From positions 62,001-126,000 of the forward strand of contig JAVKOQ020000103.1 in the NCBI GenBank assembly GCA_031835245.2: a stretch of DNA of 64,000 nucleotides, in the 5' to 3' direction. A model generated the notes under the pieces. It worked only from the letters and a program-made list of their open reading frames with translations. It was not told where the DNA came from and made no database searches. This DNA is from Balamuthia mandrillaris (Eukaryota). Both the position numbers and the translations under genes were made by a program. This document shows positions 22,631 to 35,400 of the stretch, in pieces; position 1 is the first letter of the stretch; each line of letters begins with the position of its first letter.

Positions 22631-22702
22631 CAAACTCAGGCTGAAATGGTAAAGAGTAAGCAAGAAGGTCGAGGTGAGCAAGAAGAGGGCAGCTGGCTTC
22701 AT
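20247..22702 (-). CDS. Frizzled/Smoothened-like GPCR, copy 6 (inverted, more divergent)
   Basis: Signal peptide MKPAALFLLTSTFLL, GRFDELLRPSHPNAVC, CRD, and 7TM ORF 21593-20247 with YFFMAAVLWW and SYPLWVLAAFNFAGQG. Confidence 0.92.
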
Positions 22703-23031
22703 AGGCTTGGGGTTTGGTTTCAACGTTATTCTCTCGAAAACAAAAACGAACATGTGTGAGAGAGGGAAGACCTCCAACCAGGCTGGCCTGCAGTGACAAG
22801 TACCGCAGCCTGCCCCCAGGGGTACAACTGCAGCTGATAAGTTGAACCAAGCTATCCTGCTAGCATGACACCATCGCCACCGGGATGACCCCATCCGCTT
22901 GGCAAGGTAGGCCGCATGCGTGAGCGTGCATGGCTCGAACATGCGGTGAAGGCCGTGGAAAGTTCGGACTCGCGACCTGAAGATGACGACGAAGTAGGGA
23001 AACGAGCTTGGGGAGATAGAAGGCCGCTGTT

Positions 23032-23083
<52 letters not shown>

Positions 23084-23280
23084 TATGAGCGATCGATAAT
23101 CTTCGGAGCAAGCTCTCCTGGTCTCATAACATCAGGTTGTCTTGCCTGCAGACAACACCAACCCCTCGGAGATGAGCGTCGTGCTTGTTGTTGCTCGCGC
23201 AGAAGAAGAGAAGACAGAGAAGACCAAAGAGAGAGAGAGAGAGAGAGCTGCTTTGAACAAGATCTTTTTGACTGGTTTGT

Positions 23281-24546
23281 TTAATAGACATACTTTCGTT
23301 TCGCTTGAAAACGGAACAGCTCTTGGCCTATCCCCCCTTTGCTGGGTTGGGCGAGCAAAGGGTTCTTGCTGACCTCCGTGAACACCCGCTTTTCCCTCTC
23401 CTTCACCTTCTTCTTCATGCTCGACTTCATGATCAACTTCTTCTTGTCCTTTGCTCCTCCTGCCCCTCCTTTGCTCGGCAGTGTTCCTCGCTTCGAGATG
23501 GTGACCGGTCCGCTGACAGCAACCTCCTCTCTCTCCGGTTTCAACGCTGTGAATGGGTTCTTTGCGACCTCTTCTTCCTGTTCTTCTCCTTCTTCATAAT
23601 AATAGGTTTCGTCCACCGCTTCTTCCCCTTCGTCTTCGTTCCCCTTCTCGTCTTCTTCTTCCCCAATATGAACACCATTCCCTGCCTCTCTCTGTTTCGC
23701 TTGTTCCTCTTCTTCCAGTTGCTTCTGTTTCATCTGTTCCAACAGTTCCGACTCTCGCTGACGCGCTCTCTCCAGGTCCTCTTTGGCCTTTTGCAGCTCC
23801 TCCTCCGCTTTGCTCCGTCGTTCCGCCTCCTCCTTCAACAGCCGCTCCTTGGCCTCTCTCTCGTCCTGCAGTTTCTTTTCGAGCAGCATCTGCCGTTGCT
23901 TCTGCAGCTCTTTCTCTTTCTTGAGGTCCAGCTCACGAAGCCGCTCTCTCTCCTTCTCCCTGAGCTTCTCTCGCTCTCTTTCCTGTTCGAGCTCTCGTTG
24001 TCGTTCTCGCTCGAGTTCCAATTCTTTGGCTCTTTCTTTTTCTCTCTCTTTCTCCAAGTCTCTCAATTTTTTTAACTTATCTGCTTCTTCCGTTGCTGCG
24101 TCCATGTTTTCTGTTGCTAGTTGCTCGCTCTGTTGTTCGTTAAAAAGACTCTTTGGAGCTCGACGGGGATAATAGAGAAGTTCCGCAAAGCTGTTCATCT
24201 CCTTTTTAACGTCTTCTCCTTCGTCATCCCCATCCTCTAACTCCGTCTCGCCGCCTATCCGCCGTTCTTCAGCTTTCACGTTTGTTGTTTTTGCGGCAGT
24301 AGTTGGCGATGGTGGTGAGGTAAGAGCGGAAGTTGCTCCTTGACTTTTCATGTATATGTACGGTCCAATCAGGAGGAGAGCAATAAGAATCGCCCATAAA
24401 GGTTTGTAATGCTTCTCCAGAAGAGAGCTCTTTTTGTCAGCACTGATAGGTTTTTCGCATGTTAACTCGTGTCAAACAAAACGAAAAAAAGAAGCGAGAC
24501 AGAAAAGGAACCATTTGTGAGGATGACCGGCTTTCATATAGTCCAT
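23281..24546 (-). CDS. Putative type II membrane protein with long E/K/R-rich coiled coil
   Basis: ORF 24351-23281 extends upstream in frame through LWAILIALLLIGPYIY to an acceptor near 24443. Candidate first exon MDYMKAGHPHK from 24546. Confidence 0.65.
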
Positions 24547-24902
24547 CTGAGGGATATATATACTCTCTTCCTCCTCACCCCCGCGAGACCTGGAGACAGT
24601 CCTCTTGATCATCTTCTTCTTTGGGAGCCCCCAAAAAAAAGTTTCTCAATATCGACGTTAGAGCTTCTCCTTCTTCCCTCTTCGGGCCAAGTTGGGCTTT
24701 TGTTGTTCTGGCCTTTAAAATTGATTAGTTTTAAACTTTTTAGCAATTGAAAATACAAAAACGAACCTTTAAAGGAGATACCGATTCGATTGTTTTGTTC
24801 ATAAAAATATGATTTGGGATTGGTCGATCTTTTCTTGGTCCTTCGAAGCGTGGTTGTGGCTCTGGAGCCAAGGGGAAGTTGGCGGCCATATCAAGAGAAA
24901 CA

Positions 24903-25285
24903 TCAGAGGGAGAGGGAGGATGCCACCAACGGCCAAACGACGAAGACGCCGAGGAGCAGCACGATTTCCAATGTGGAGGCCATCATGTCGAACAGGAAGT
25001 AAAAGTACTTGGGCGCGAACACGCTCCAGATGAAGAGATGGTGCCGCAGAGCCGTCATCACCACACTGAACACAGCCGCAGCAAAGAGCAAAAGGGTCAA
25101 CTGAAGAAAGCTGAAAGATAGCCACAACTCCTTCGTATCGTGGATATCGTCATGGTCCTGCTTCTCGTCCTCCTCTTTTTGCGCTTCCTTCTTCTGCCCC
25201 CGTTGCTTGCGCGTTGCCAATAATAACAGCATCAATGAAAAGAAAAAGAACAATAATGGCCCTTTTTATAAAGAGTTAGCAATCA

Positions 25286-25332
<47 letters not shown>

Positions 25333-28300
25333 ATAAGAAATGAAGAGAAGAAACGGTAACAATAAACTAAACGTACCAGAATAGTTAATCAGGAAAGTGA
25401 ATAAAGCAACAATAGGAGCGTTATAGGAAGATAGTCCCATATAGGCATTTCCAATGTCAATCGTCGATAACGAGTTAGAGTTACCAAAAGCAAAAAAGGC
25501 GCGCCGCCCCATCCATATCATTTCCCACAAAAAGAGAAGAAGAGATGCCACAGAAGCACGAGAAAGGGAAAGACGAGGAAGAAGGAAGAATTGGGTGCCG
25601 ATGAAGAGGAATAAAATCAAGTTGTGAGTTCGATGTAACAGTTGAAGAAGCAACACGAAGCAGAGCAGAGCATGTCCCAAAGATTCTTGTACAACGTCCT
25701 CTTTAGTTGTTGAAACATCGCGGGATTGTTGAAAGTGGAAGTAAAGAAGAGGCAACATTACAGTTGCTATGAAAGTGATAAAGAGGAGTAGAAACGCGGC
25801 CCTCGCTAGCCACAACGGATCGGAGAGAAGAAAAAGAAAAGAAGACCAGAAGAAGGATGTGGTGTTGATAGTCATGCCTTGTTTTATCCACATGATCACA
25901 ACCAACAATGACGAATAAAGTGTTGCTTGTAAAATTGCAAGTCGCTGTTTTAAGTTTTGGGGTGCCTCAATACCAACAGCAACAACGAGAGGAGATAAAA
26001 ATGAGAGAGAGAGAAACCTTGCGAAGAGGTTTGCGGGAGAAAACTTGAAAGAGAGCATAGAGACAAGGTATACAGATCGAAAGCCCTACAAGGCAAAACC
26101 GGGCCACCGACATTATGGTTACGTTATCTTGATCTTGCGGAGTCTCTCCAGAAGGTGATGAAGACGAAGAGGAAAAGAAAAAAGTGCTATAGCTCTCAAG
26201 GCTGGCCCACTTATTGCCAGTTTGATTCCACCCACGTTGAAGCCGCTCAACCAAGAGCAGCAAAGCCCAAAGAAATAATGCGGAGAGATACTCGTGGGAG
26301 AAAGGTGTTGAGGAAAGAGAAGCGCTCGAAGAGGGGGAAGATGAAAGTGCAGAAGACGAAGTATGTCTTGCTATCCGAAGAAGAGTCTGAAGAACGTAGA
26401 GAACGTGTAAAGTTGTTGTAAGGAAGTACCATATTTGATGTTCTTCTTCTATCAAACTGCTCGCTAAAAAGAGAAGAGCAATGAGATTAGAAAAAAGAAC
26501 AGCGCGAAAAGACAAGAAAGCCAAGAAGCAGAAAGGAGCGAACCGGTGAGAGTTACAGCGTGTAGTAGCGTTCCCAATACCAAAAAGTTAAGAGGAAAGC
26601 ATGAAAACGAACAGACAAACAACAAAAGAGAGACTGCAACATTTAAAGCAGAAGAGCACTGTCTGCGCCACTGCAAAACGACTTCCAAAATCCTGGGAAA
26701 AAATGTCCACACGAGCACAACCAACGAGACAGATGACAACAAAAGCAAAATAGCGCTGCAAAGATATAACGTTGCAACATTTTCGCTGCCTAACGAACTT
26801 GCAAGTTGATCTGTACTGCGTCGAAGAAACTATTTCGTTTGACAACGAATAAGTTTGACAGCGAACAACGAAAATGACAATACTTTATCTCACCTCGTGG
26901 TATTGCTCAATAGCTTTGCTGGGTAGTTCCTCGTCGTTCATCTCTAACAGTTTGGCTTGCAGCCATTCGTTATGAAGTTGCTCGGCGTTTGTTAACCTAC
27001 ACCACAGACAAAGTAAACCACAAACATTTTGAGAAGAAGAGAAAAAGAACAAAAACCACAATGAATGATGAAAAGAAAGCAGCGTACACATCCAAGAAAA
27101 GCTGTGCTTCTGAGTTGGGTGTCTGCAATGAGCCCCAGAACTTTCGATCTGAGTGAAGCAAACGGAGATGTTGGTACGAGTTCAGTCGAAGTGCAGCTAA
27201 ATAGTCTTCATAATCTGTCGTCAAGAGGATAGTGAAAGACGAGAAAGCGAGAAAAAGCAGAAGAGACAGCGACAGAGAGGAGAAGAGAGAATAGGATGAA
27301 AGAAAGAAGAAGTTTGTGAGTGAATGGTTTAAACAACGGAAATAAATGCTACCGTACCAACGAACCCATCAAAAAGTTGAGGAATAAGTTTGCCGAGACT
27401 GTTTCGTGGAATAGGAAGGCCCAACAAAAGAGCAAGACTTGGAGCTAAGTCTATTTGCATGACTTTTAAAGAAGTTAGGATCAAAAAGAAGCAAACAAAG
27501 AAGATCATGAAGATACCTTGTTGAATTGCAGCGTTGTGAGGAGGGCTATGATGCCGATAACGAGAACTCATGAAGACTAACACAGCAGAGGTTTCTCCTT
27601 CAGAAGAGCCACCATGGTTTCCCATGTTATTCATGCCGTGGTCACTAAGCAGAAGGAACAGAGTTTCATCTGGGTTGAAATGAGGATCATCGCGCGCAGC
27701 TGATGGAGTGTTAGGAGGAAACAACGATTCATGAATTTGTTGTACAATGCCGTCCATTTCTTGTTGCTTTGGTCCCATTAACGTGCTATGGTATAGAAAA
27801 ATATCAGAGAGAGTGAGAGAGAACAAGTTTGTTAAATGATCAGAAAACGATACCTGTTTGGTCCAGCAAGATGGCCAACGTGGTCGAGACCGAGGTAATG
27901 CAGCACCAGCACCTCCCAATCGTCTCTGGATAACTCTGGAGCCAGATGCCGCGTCACATTATTATCCACTTCCACTGTGTCCTGTTGTTGCGTTTAGCAT
28001 AACAGATAACGTCTGTTAGTTTTCCTTGCTTTTCTATTTCTTGGCTTGCTCCCCTGTGTTCTCTTTTATCATTCCTCTCACTCACTCTCTCTCTTTCACG
28101 CTTCTTGCTTCTCTCCTTCTTTCCTTCTCTTTTGAGAGTTCTGTCTGTTACCGAAACGAAGAAGCTGGTGGTGCCATCCTGCCTGTGGAAATAACCTGGA
28201 AAGAGCTTCAACCACGTGTCGTCCCCATAGAAGCATACGCGCATGCCTGCCGCCCTCATTTGTGCCATAAGGTTGTCTTCCTCGAAAGACTGGGCTTGAA

Positions 28301-28935
28301 AGTTAAGCACAAAGTCGAGAAACGTCGGCACACTCCCAGAAAGCAAACCCTAAACAAGAAGAACAACGAAAAAAGCATGTCAAACAAGTTTGCTTCTTTG
28401 CCTCTTTGCTTCTCTCATGAGAGGTGAAACGCACTTTGATGCGAGGAAGGGTGACGGTGGGGGTGTGAGCGCGCGCACGAAAGGCAAGAGCCTTACCCTC
28501 AGCAACGAGCCCCTTCACAAAGTGCATGCGAGAGTGCGGCCCCTCCCCGTAGAGCAGCTCCGCCGAGAGAGCGTCCACCAGCATGAGGACTGCCCTCTTG
28601 AAGAGAGGTCGTTGGAGGGCTGAGGTCTGCTTTGGTTTTGTTTGGAGAGATGAGAAAAAGAGAGGAGAAGAAGAAGAAGAAGAACGTACCGGTTGTCCAG
28701 GCAGAGGAGGAGGATAGTCTTGCCGAGGGGTGGCCTTGCCCTCCAAGCTAGTCTTCTGGGGAAAGAAAGCCAAGGCGAAGGAGGTCAACAGGAAGGCGTG
28801 GCCCAGCATCAAAGCCAATAGCAGCGTCAGGAGCATGCACCTGGTACGCCTCCTGCTCCCTCTGCTCGATCCATTACCAGCAGGCTGGGTCCTCCTCGAG
28901 GAGGCGCTTGGCGGCTCCTCTCCCGTGCTCTTCAT
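24903..28935 (-). CDS. PIGG: GPI ethanolamine phosphate transferase 2 (PIG-G/GPI7)
   Basis: LVDAL, PTVTLPRIK, GDDTWLKLFP, DGTTSFFV, LHYLGLDHVGH, SDHGM..GNHGGSS, QIDLAPSL, many TMs, GNSNSLSTIDI, LRHHLFIWSVFAPKY. Multi-exon. Confidence 0.92.
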
Positions 28936-29482
28936 GCTTCTTCCTTCTTGGTCGACAAATATCCATTTTTTCAGCAATTATCGACTGAAAGAGTGGAATA
29001 TGTCGACATTATCGATGCAATCTGTCGACACAAAATACGGAAACTCTCAAAATTGCCTAGCACCAGGAAATTTCGTGGTTTGATTGCGATAATTATTGTT
29101 TCAAGCGGAAAATAAAAAATCGAAAACAAAGTAGCGCAAAAGTAAAAGAAAGAGAAGAGAGAAAACTACGGAGGAGGAGAAGCATAAGAAGAAGAAGAAG
29201 AAGAAGAAGGGAGGCTCCCCTCCCTCAAAAAGAAAAAAAAACCAACGTAACTCTCGTAAGAGAAAGAACTTTTCGACTGCCTGAAAGCAATTTTTTTTCA
29301 TCTTTTTTTTACTGATTAAAATCTCTTCTCTCTTTGTTTTTGTATAGGTAACGTATTTTCTTGCCTCGTGCTTACGTTTATTTTTTATTTTTCGATGTTC
29401 TTCTTCTGAGATTTTGTGAACCACAACCACAACGAGGAAGAGGCTCATCTAATTTTTTTTCTACAGAAAAAAAATATATACC

Positions 29483-31118
29483 ATGACGAGAAGAGCTCAG
29501 CGTAGCGCACGAAGCCAAAGCCGCAAGACCCCCTCCTCCTACTCTCCCCCTCCAGCAGAAATTCTCTCCTGTCTTCATCCTCCTCAACCTCCCCACGAAG
29601 TAGAAGAAGAGAAAGCAAAACCCACCAGAACCAGAGCCAGGCCGCGTAGCAAAACAATCTCTGCCCTACCTTCTTCCTCCTCCTCTTCTTTTCCTTCTTC
29701 TCCTCCCCTCTCCTCAAGCGCTCCAACTGAGCACAGAGAAGGACGACGCAAAGAGTACCTCTCACCCTCTCCCTCAAGACGACGCCATCGACGTTCCAGC
29801 AGCAGAAGCAGGAGCAGGAGCCCCAGTCGTTCGCCCTCGCTTGGAAGAAAGCGTGACGGCGAACGCCGTCATAAACGAGAATACGGTCACCGCCGTCGAC
29901 ATCGCAACAAACACCAAGAGCGAGAACGACGACAAGGAAGGGCAAGAGAGGAGAAGTTGGATGCGTTTAGCTCCTTGCGACACTTGGAAAGGGAACTGGA
30001 GGTGATGATAGCGGCCGAGAAGGAGCGCTGCAGATTGAAAGAGATAAATGCGGAGCTAGAGTATACTGAGTCGGCGGAAGCTGACCAGAGTTGGTGTAGA
30101 GAAGATAAGAAGGCAAACGAGCTTACTCTCAAGCAACAAGAAGAAGAGGCTAACTGCGGTTTGCCTTACCACTTGAAAGAGGAATGGCGTTATCCCTTTG
30201 AAGGAGTCTCCCCGTTGGCTGCTCCTTTGTGGCAGCCACAACGAGACTCCTCTGTTCTTCTTGTCGCTCCTTCTTTTTCTCTTCCTCCTTTGCTCTCTCT
30301 CCCACCTTTAACACCCTCTCCAGCACTTCCTTTTTATGAGGGAATAAGCTTCAATAGCGACTTAACGCTTCGCCCACTTCAAGAAGAGCGTGCAGAAGCA
30401 GCAGAAAGAGAAGGGAAGACGCAGTTTGGTCAAGCGATCGATGAATGGAACTCCTCCTACGTTTCAGTCTTGGAAGAAGAGCAACAAGCAGAGCAGCAGA
30501 TTTCAACAGAGCCTAGCGACAAAGAGGAAGAAGAGCAAGTGCGGGAACAGGAACCAACGACGATTACCACTAAGAGGAAGCACGACCGAGTGATTGACGA
30601 TGTTACTACCTCATCAAAATACGATACAGAAATCATATCTTCATCCAGTAGTGCTTCTCAACAGTTGTTGCCAAAGATGAAGAAGGCTCGCCTCGTCCCA
30701 CAAGATGAAGAACACGTTTCTTCGGAGGTACCATACTCTCTCTTTGTCGTTCTCTTCGTTATCCTCTTCTCTTCTCTTCATCGTTCTCTTCATCGTTCTC
30801 TTCTCTTCATCGTTCTCTTCATCGTTCTCTTCTCTTCTCTTCTCTTCTCTTCTCTTCTCTTCTCTTCTCTTCTCTTCTCTTCATCGTTCTCTTCTCTTCT
30901 CTTCTCTTCTCTTCTCTTCTCTTCTCTTCTCTTCTTCATCGTTCTCTTCTCTTCTCTTCTCTTCTCTTCTCTTCTCTTCTCTTCTCTTCTCTTCTCTTCT
31001 CTTCTCTTCTCTTCTCTTCTCTTCTCTTCTCTTCTCTTCTCTTCTCTTCTCTTCTCTTCTCTTCTCTTCTCTTCTCTTCTCTTCATCGTTTCTGTATGTA
31101 TGCTCATAGCGAAAATGA
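29483..31118 (+). CDS. Arg/Ser-rich low-complexity protein of unknown function
   Basis: Long exon with SRSRSRSPSRSPS and charged helices. Donor GAG|GT near 30727 precedes a (CTTCT)n intron, and the acceptor at 31109 gives RK-stop (3' end uncertain). Confidence 0.6.
30765..31087. repeat. Intronic (CTTCT)n microsatellite with CATCGTT interruptions
   Basis: Seen directly. Confidence 0.95.
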
Positions 31119-31583
31119 TATAAAGAAGAAACATGAGACGAGCAACAAAAAAGAGTCTTCTCTACTTTCAATTGGCACTCTAAGTGGTATCGTCGTGAGT
31201 ATCGCATTTATTCTGCCTCTCTCTCCTTTTCCACTCGAGAGAAGAAACCGAGAGAGTTATTGGGGAATGTTGATTGACTGCGTTTTATCATTTTGTTCTG
31301 TTTTTGTTTGTTGTGAATGTGTCCCTGTTGTTCTTTATGTTGTATATGCTATTGTTTTGCGTTGGGGCATTGTTGGGCTCATGTGCAGCGGAGAGACGAA
31401 GAAGCCGCTTCTACGCCTGAATGCCCTCCTTCACCTTCACCTTCATCCCCCTCATCGGTAAAGCTTTTTTCTCTGTCAAAAAAAAAGCATTCAATCACTG
31501 GCCAAAGGTTATCCTCATCCTCCTTTCTTCTTTCTGCTTCTTTTTTTTTTTTTCATTCTTTCTTTCAGTCTAACATAATTAAA

Positions 31584-32338
31584 ATGCATAAATATAAAAG
31601 AATTCTATCGACGTTGAACGACATCGAGGACCATCCGGTAGATTGGAGCACGTTGGATGCAATCCTCTTCATGAATCTCGACAGCTGCCCCTACGAGAGC
31701 ATTGATGAGAGGATGGCGTCTCTTTTTGCCACTGGAAAACTCTTCTTGGTTGGGTGTTGTGGAGGGAACGTGCCCGCTGCTCCATTCCCTCTCTCTCCCT
31801 TCGAAGCTATTTCAGATGCCAATCGTTTCGTCATTTCGAGAGTATGATTTCTGTTTCTAAGATAGAATTCTATCTTCTTTTATTATTTTATCTCTTTCAT
31901 CTTCTCGCATATCCGTTCTTCTATTTGTGACATTCATTTTTTCCCCATCAACAGAACGGAACATCAAAAAATGCAGCTGAATGTGCGATGTGCTTCTTCT
32001 TAGCAACTCTAAACGTGACAGTGCCAACGGACATCCCGTTCTTCATCCTCTCTCCCAACGCCGATAGCGATGCCGTCACCCATCAACTGCTTCGTACCGG
32101 CAGAACTGCAGCCCGTCTTCTTCCTCTTTCGAATGACGAAAGCGGAACGAGCGACAACGTTTTATTGACACCTTCTCGATTGGATGAACTGTTGGCAGCC
32201 ACGCGAAAGAAGAACACAACGACAACAATCATTCCTTCTCCTGCATCGCCAGAAGAAAGTTTGCAAGAAGAAGAACAACAACAACAAAGCAACGATAGGC
32301 AGCCAAAGAAAAAGCAAAGCGGCTGCCTTGTTATGTGA
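31584..32338 (+). CDS. Small protein with degenerate PIN/NYN-like motif and C-terminal CaaX box
   Basis: Exons 31584-31841 and 31955-32338 in frame. ILFMNLDS..., SKNAAECAMCF, FFILS, ends KKKQSGCLVM. Confidence 0.7.
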
Positions 32339-32454
32339 ATCATTCCCTTTCTCTTTTATGTTTATTTTGTAACTATGAATGTAACTAAACCTTTTTTCTT
32401 TTTCGTACAAGTACAAACAGTACACAAAACAAGTTTCGCTCTCTGAACTTGTTT

Positions 32455-35400
32455 TTAGTCGCTCTCTTCTTCGTTCTCTTCTTCGTTTTGTTCGTCATCC
32501 TCTTCACTGTTTTGTTGTTTTTTGGGCGACTTGACCTTTTTCTTTTTCGTGGTGGAGGCTGCCTTCTTCTTCTTTGTCGATTTCTTCTTCGTCCTCTCCG
32601 CTTCCTCTTCTCCTCCTTCGAAGAAGTTAAGACCCTCTTGACTCTTTGGCGAGGAGGGAAAAGATGAAAGAGTGGAGTATCTCTTTCTTCCTAGGTTGCC
32701 TTTGCTGCTGCTCTTCCGTGATAAGAGTTTCCTGTGGTTGTGATTACAAGCATAAGAACCACAGAGAGAAAGGATAGAGAAAGACAGGAAGAAAACGAAC
32801 GTGCTGAACAAGCTTCTGCGTCGAGACTTTCCGGGAGAGAGAACTGTCTCACCGCTGCTCTGGTCCGATTCATCGCTGTTGTTGTTGCTGCTGCTCTGCT
32901 TCTTGGCTTTTGGCTCTCGCTTTTTCTCTTTGGTTCGTTCCGTAGAGACAAAAGAGGATGAAGAGGATGAAGAAGTAGGACATTTCTCTTCCCCGCGTTT
33001 AGAAGCAGTGGTAGAAGGCGCAGAAGGAGTGCGTGGTGATTGGTGATGTCTCCGATCGGAAGAAAGCGGGGATGGAAGAGGTTCCTCCTCCATTTCCTGC
33101 GTTCTCTCTTCTCCTCCCTCTGTTCGTTCTTTGTTTTCTTGTTCACTTGCGCCATCACTGTCCAAGGAGGGAGAAGAGAAGGAAGAGAGGTGAAGAGTGT
33201 TGCGCAACGCCACGCGATTCAGAGACGATGCGCTTTGGCTGCTCTCCAAGTGCTGTTGTTGCTGCTGCATCGGTGGGGAGGATGGAGCAGAACGAGTTTT
33301 TCCTCCTCCACTCCCTCCGCTTCTAAAGAGAATGCTGCTTCCTCCAATCGGAGAGGGAGAGGCAGAAGAAGAAGGGGATAACGGAGCAGCATGAATGGGA
33401 AGTAAAGGACCGCTTCTTGGATCCAAAGGGATGCTGCTCAAACTGCTGGAAGATGAGGTGGGAGAGGCCAATCCCGGCGAAGATCCGGACATACTAAACG
33501 ATGGAGAGGCGATGCGATCCAGGCTGTTGTGAAGCACAACTCCTCCAACGCTGCTTCTCTTTCCAGCAACTCCAAGCGCAACGCCAACTCGTTGTTGCTG
33601 TTGAAGCAAAAACAGATCTACCGTCTTTCTGAGCTCTGTCATCCAACTCTCCTTCTCCTGCGCCGAGCTAGCTCCAAAGACATAAGACTGGCCGTCAGAG
33701 ATAAGCTGAAAGTTGTGTTTGCTCCATTTGGAGGACTCTCCGGGGGAGGAAGAAGCAGAGGCATTCAGCTGAACGTGGGGAAACTCCAACACAACCGTCT
33801 CGTCCGTTAACCGAACCTGTCGCTCGTACTCATAGCGATCTCCCTCTGGATCGAAGGAGGAGGACGAGTCCGGGAGCACTATGGAGGATCTCTTCTGGAA
33901 CTTTTTCTGAAAGGCCTTCTTCTGGAAGAACAGGTTGTTCATGCTGCCCTTTTTCAAAGGCTTTAGTTTCTTCGCGATAAGAAGCATGTCGTTGAAGAGG
34001 AAGCAGTGGTGCTCCAATCTCTTTGCTGCCACGAGCTCGTTGTTGTATACAGCGGACCCTTGACTCTTCTTTCTCAACCTCATGGAGGAGGCGTTGCTGT
34101 GTTTGGGCAGAGCCAAAATGAGCTCCACTAGGGTTCCCTCGTGGACGTAGCTTCGGCCGGTCATAACGATGGTCTCAAACTTGCCAACAAGCTTGTCCTG
34201 GATGGCGATCACCTCGTAGATGTTCTCCGCCTCTTTCTTCTTCTCATTGACATAGTTGGCCAGCTCTTTCATTTTGGTAAGAGAGGTAGAGAGGTCCGTA
34301 TAGTCTGGGTGTTGTTCATGTGTATTCGATGTTAAATCCTGTTCGTTTGTTTAGTGAGGTTAGATAGAGACATAAGACAAAAGAATGAAAAGAGAACGGA
34401 AGTAGTGTCACCTCGAGAAGCATAACGTAACGAGGAATTCGTTGGACAGGCATGATCAAGAACGAGTTCAGCTCGAGGCCTTTGCACTTCTTGGTGTTTT
34501 GAGCGTACATCAAGAACGCTCTAAAGTCTGGCGACGTCCTCTTCAAGCGAGCCAACGTTGTCAACGCTTTGTTAAAGTGGTTGATGTACTGCGTGTATGC
34601 TTTCAAATAAAGCATCTACCATCATCGCAAAATGGTGGTCAGAAGAGAAGAGACACTGCGAGAGAAGGAAGAACGCACAATCTTTCCAAAAGTGTCCCCT
34701 AAACGTTGGTCAACCGACCAGCGGGCGAGTCTCTGTCGAAGGTCAGCAAGAAGCATGGTGTTATAGCCAAGAATGACCTCTATCTCGGAGAAGACGAGCT
34801 TAAGGTCCTTTGGGCTGATAATCTGCTTGTTGTTTTCATCGCGAAGCGGCTTGAGGTAGACATCGACCACCGTTTGAAGGCTGCTCACATACGTTTCTTC
34901 TGTGTGTAAGATCTCTTTGGCTATCTTGCTTCTTCTCCCTATAGGATGTTTTTATCAAGAAAGGAGTGGAGAAGGAAGCATGGAGCAGTGCGAATGTAGA
35001 GTGAGAATGAAGTATGTGAACAAAGATGAAGAAGAAGAAAGGAGAATGAGAAGAGAACGAAAGAGCACATACATGTCATTTTGTAAAACCTCTTCCAAGA
35101 ATGAACGCGGTCGAACGTGTCAGTGATAGAGGGCGGGAAGAAAGTCTTCCATATGACATTGCTCTCCGCCGTCTGCTTCCACCTCCGCTGCACAAAGGAG
35201 GCTGTTCTCAGCCCTGCCGGCGTAAGGTGCACAAAGATGAGGCGTAGCACAGCGTAGGGCACCACCACGAAGCCCTCCGCGTCGGCCCACTCCTGAACGG
35301 GCGGAATGGGCCGCTTTAGCTCTTCTTCCTCCTCCAGGGAGAGTGCTGCGCTGAGCTCCTCGCTGGCGCTCTTCTTCTCGTGCGACTCGGAAAAGTCTGG

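Noticed and set aside
22860..23284. ORF MRERAWLEHAVKAV upstream of GPCR copy 6
   Set aside because: Runs into a CT repeat, with no motif or consistent splice model.
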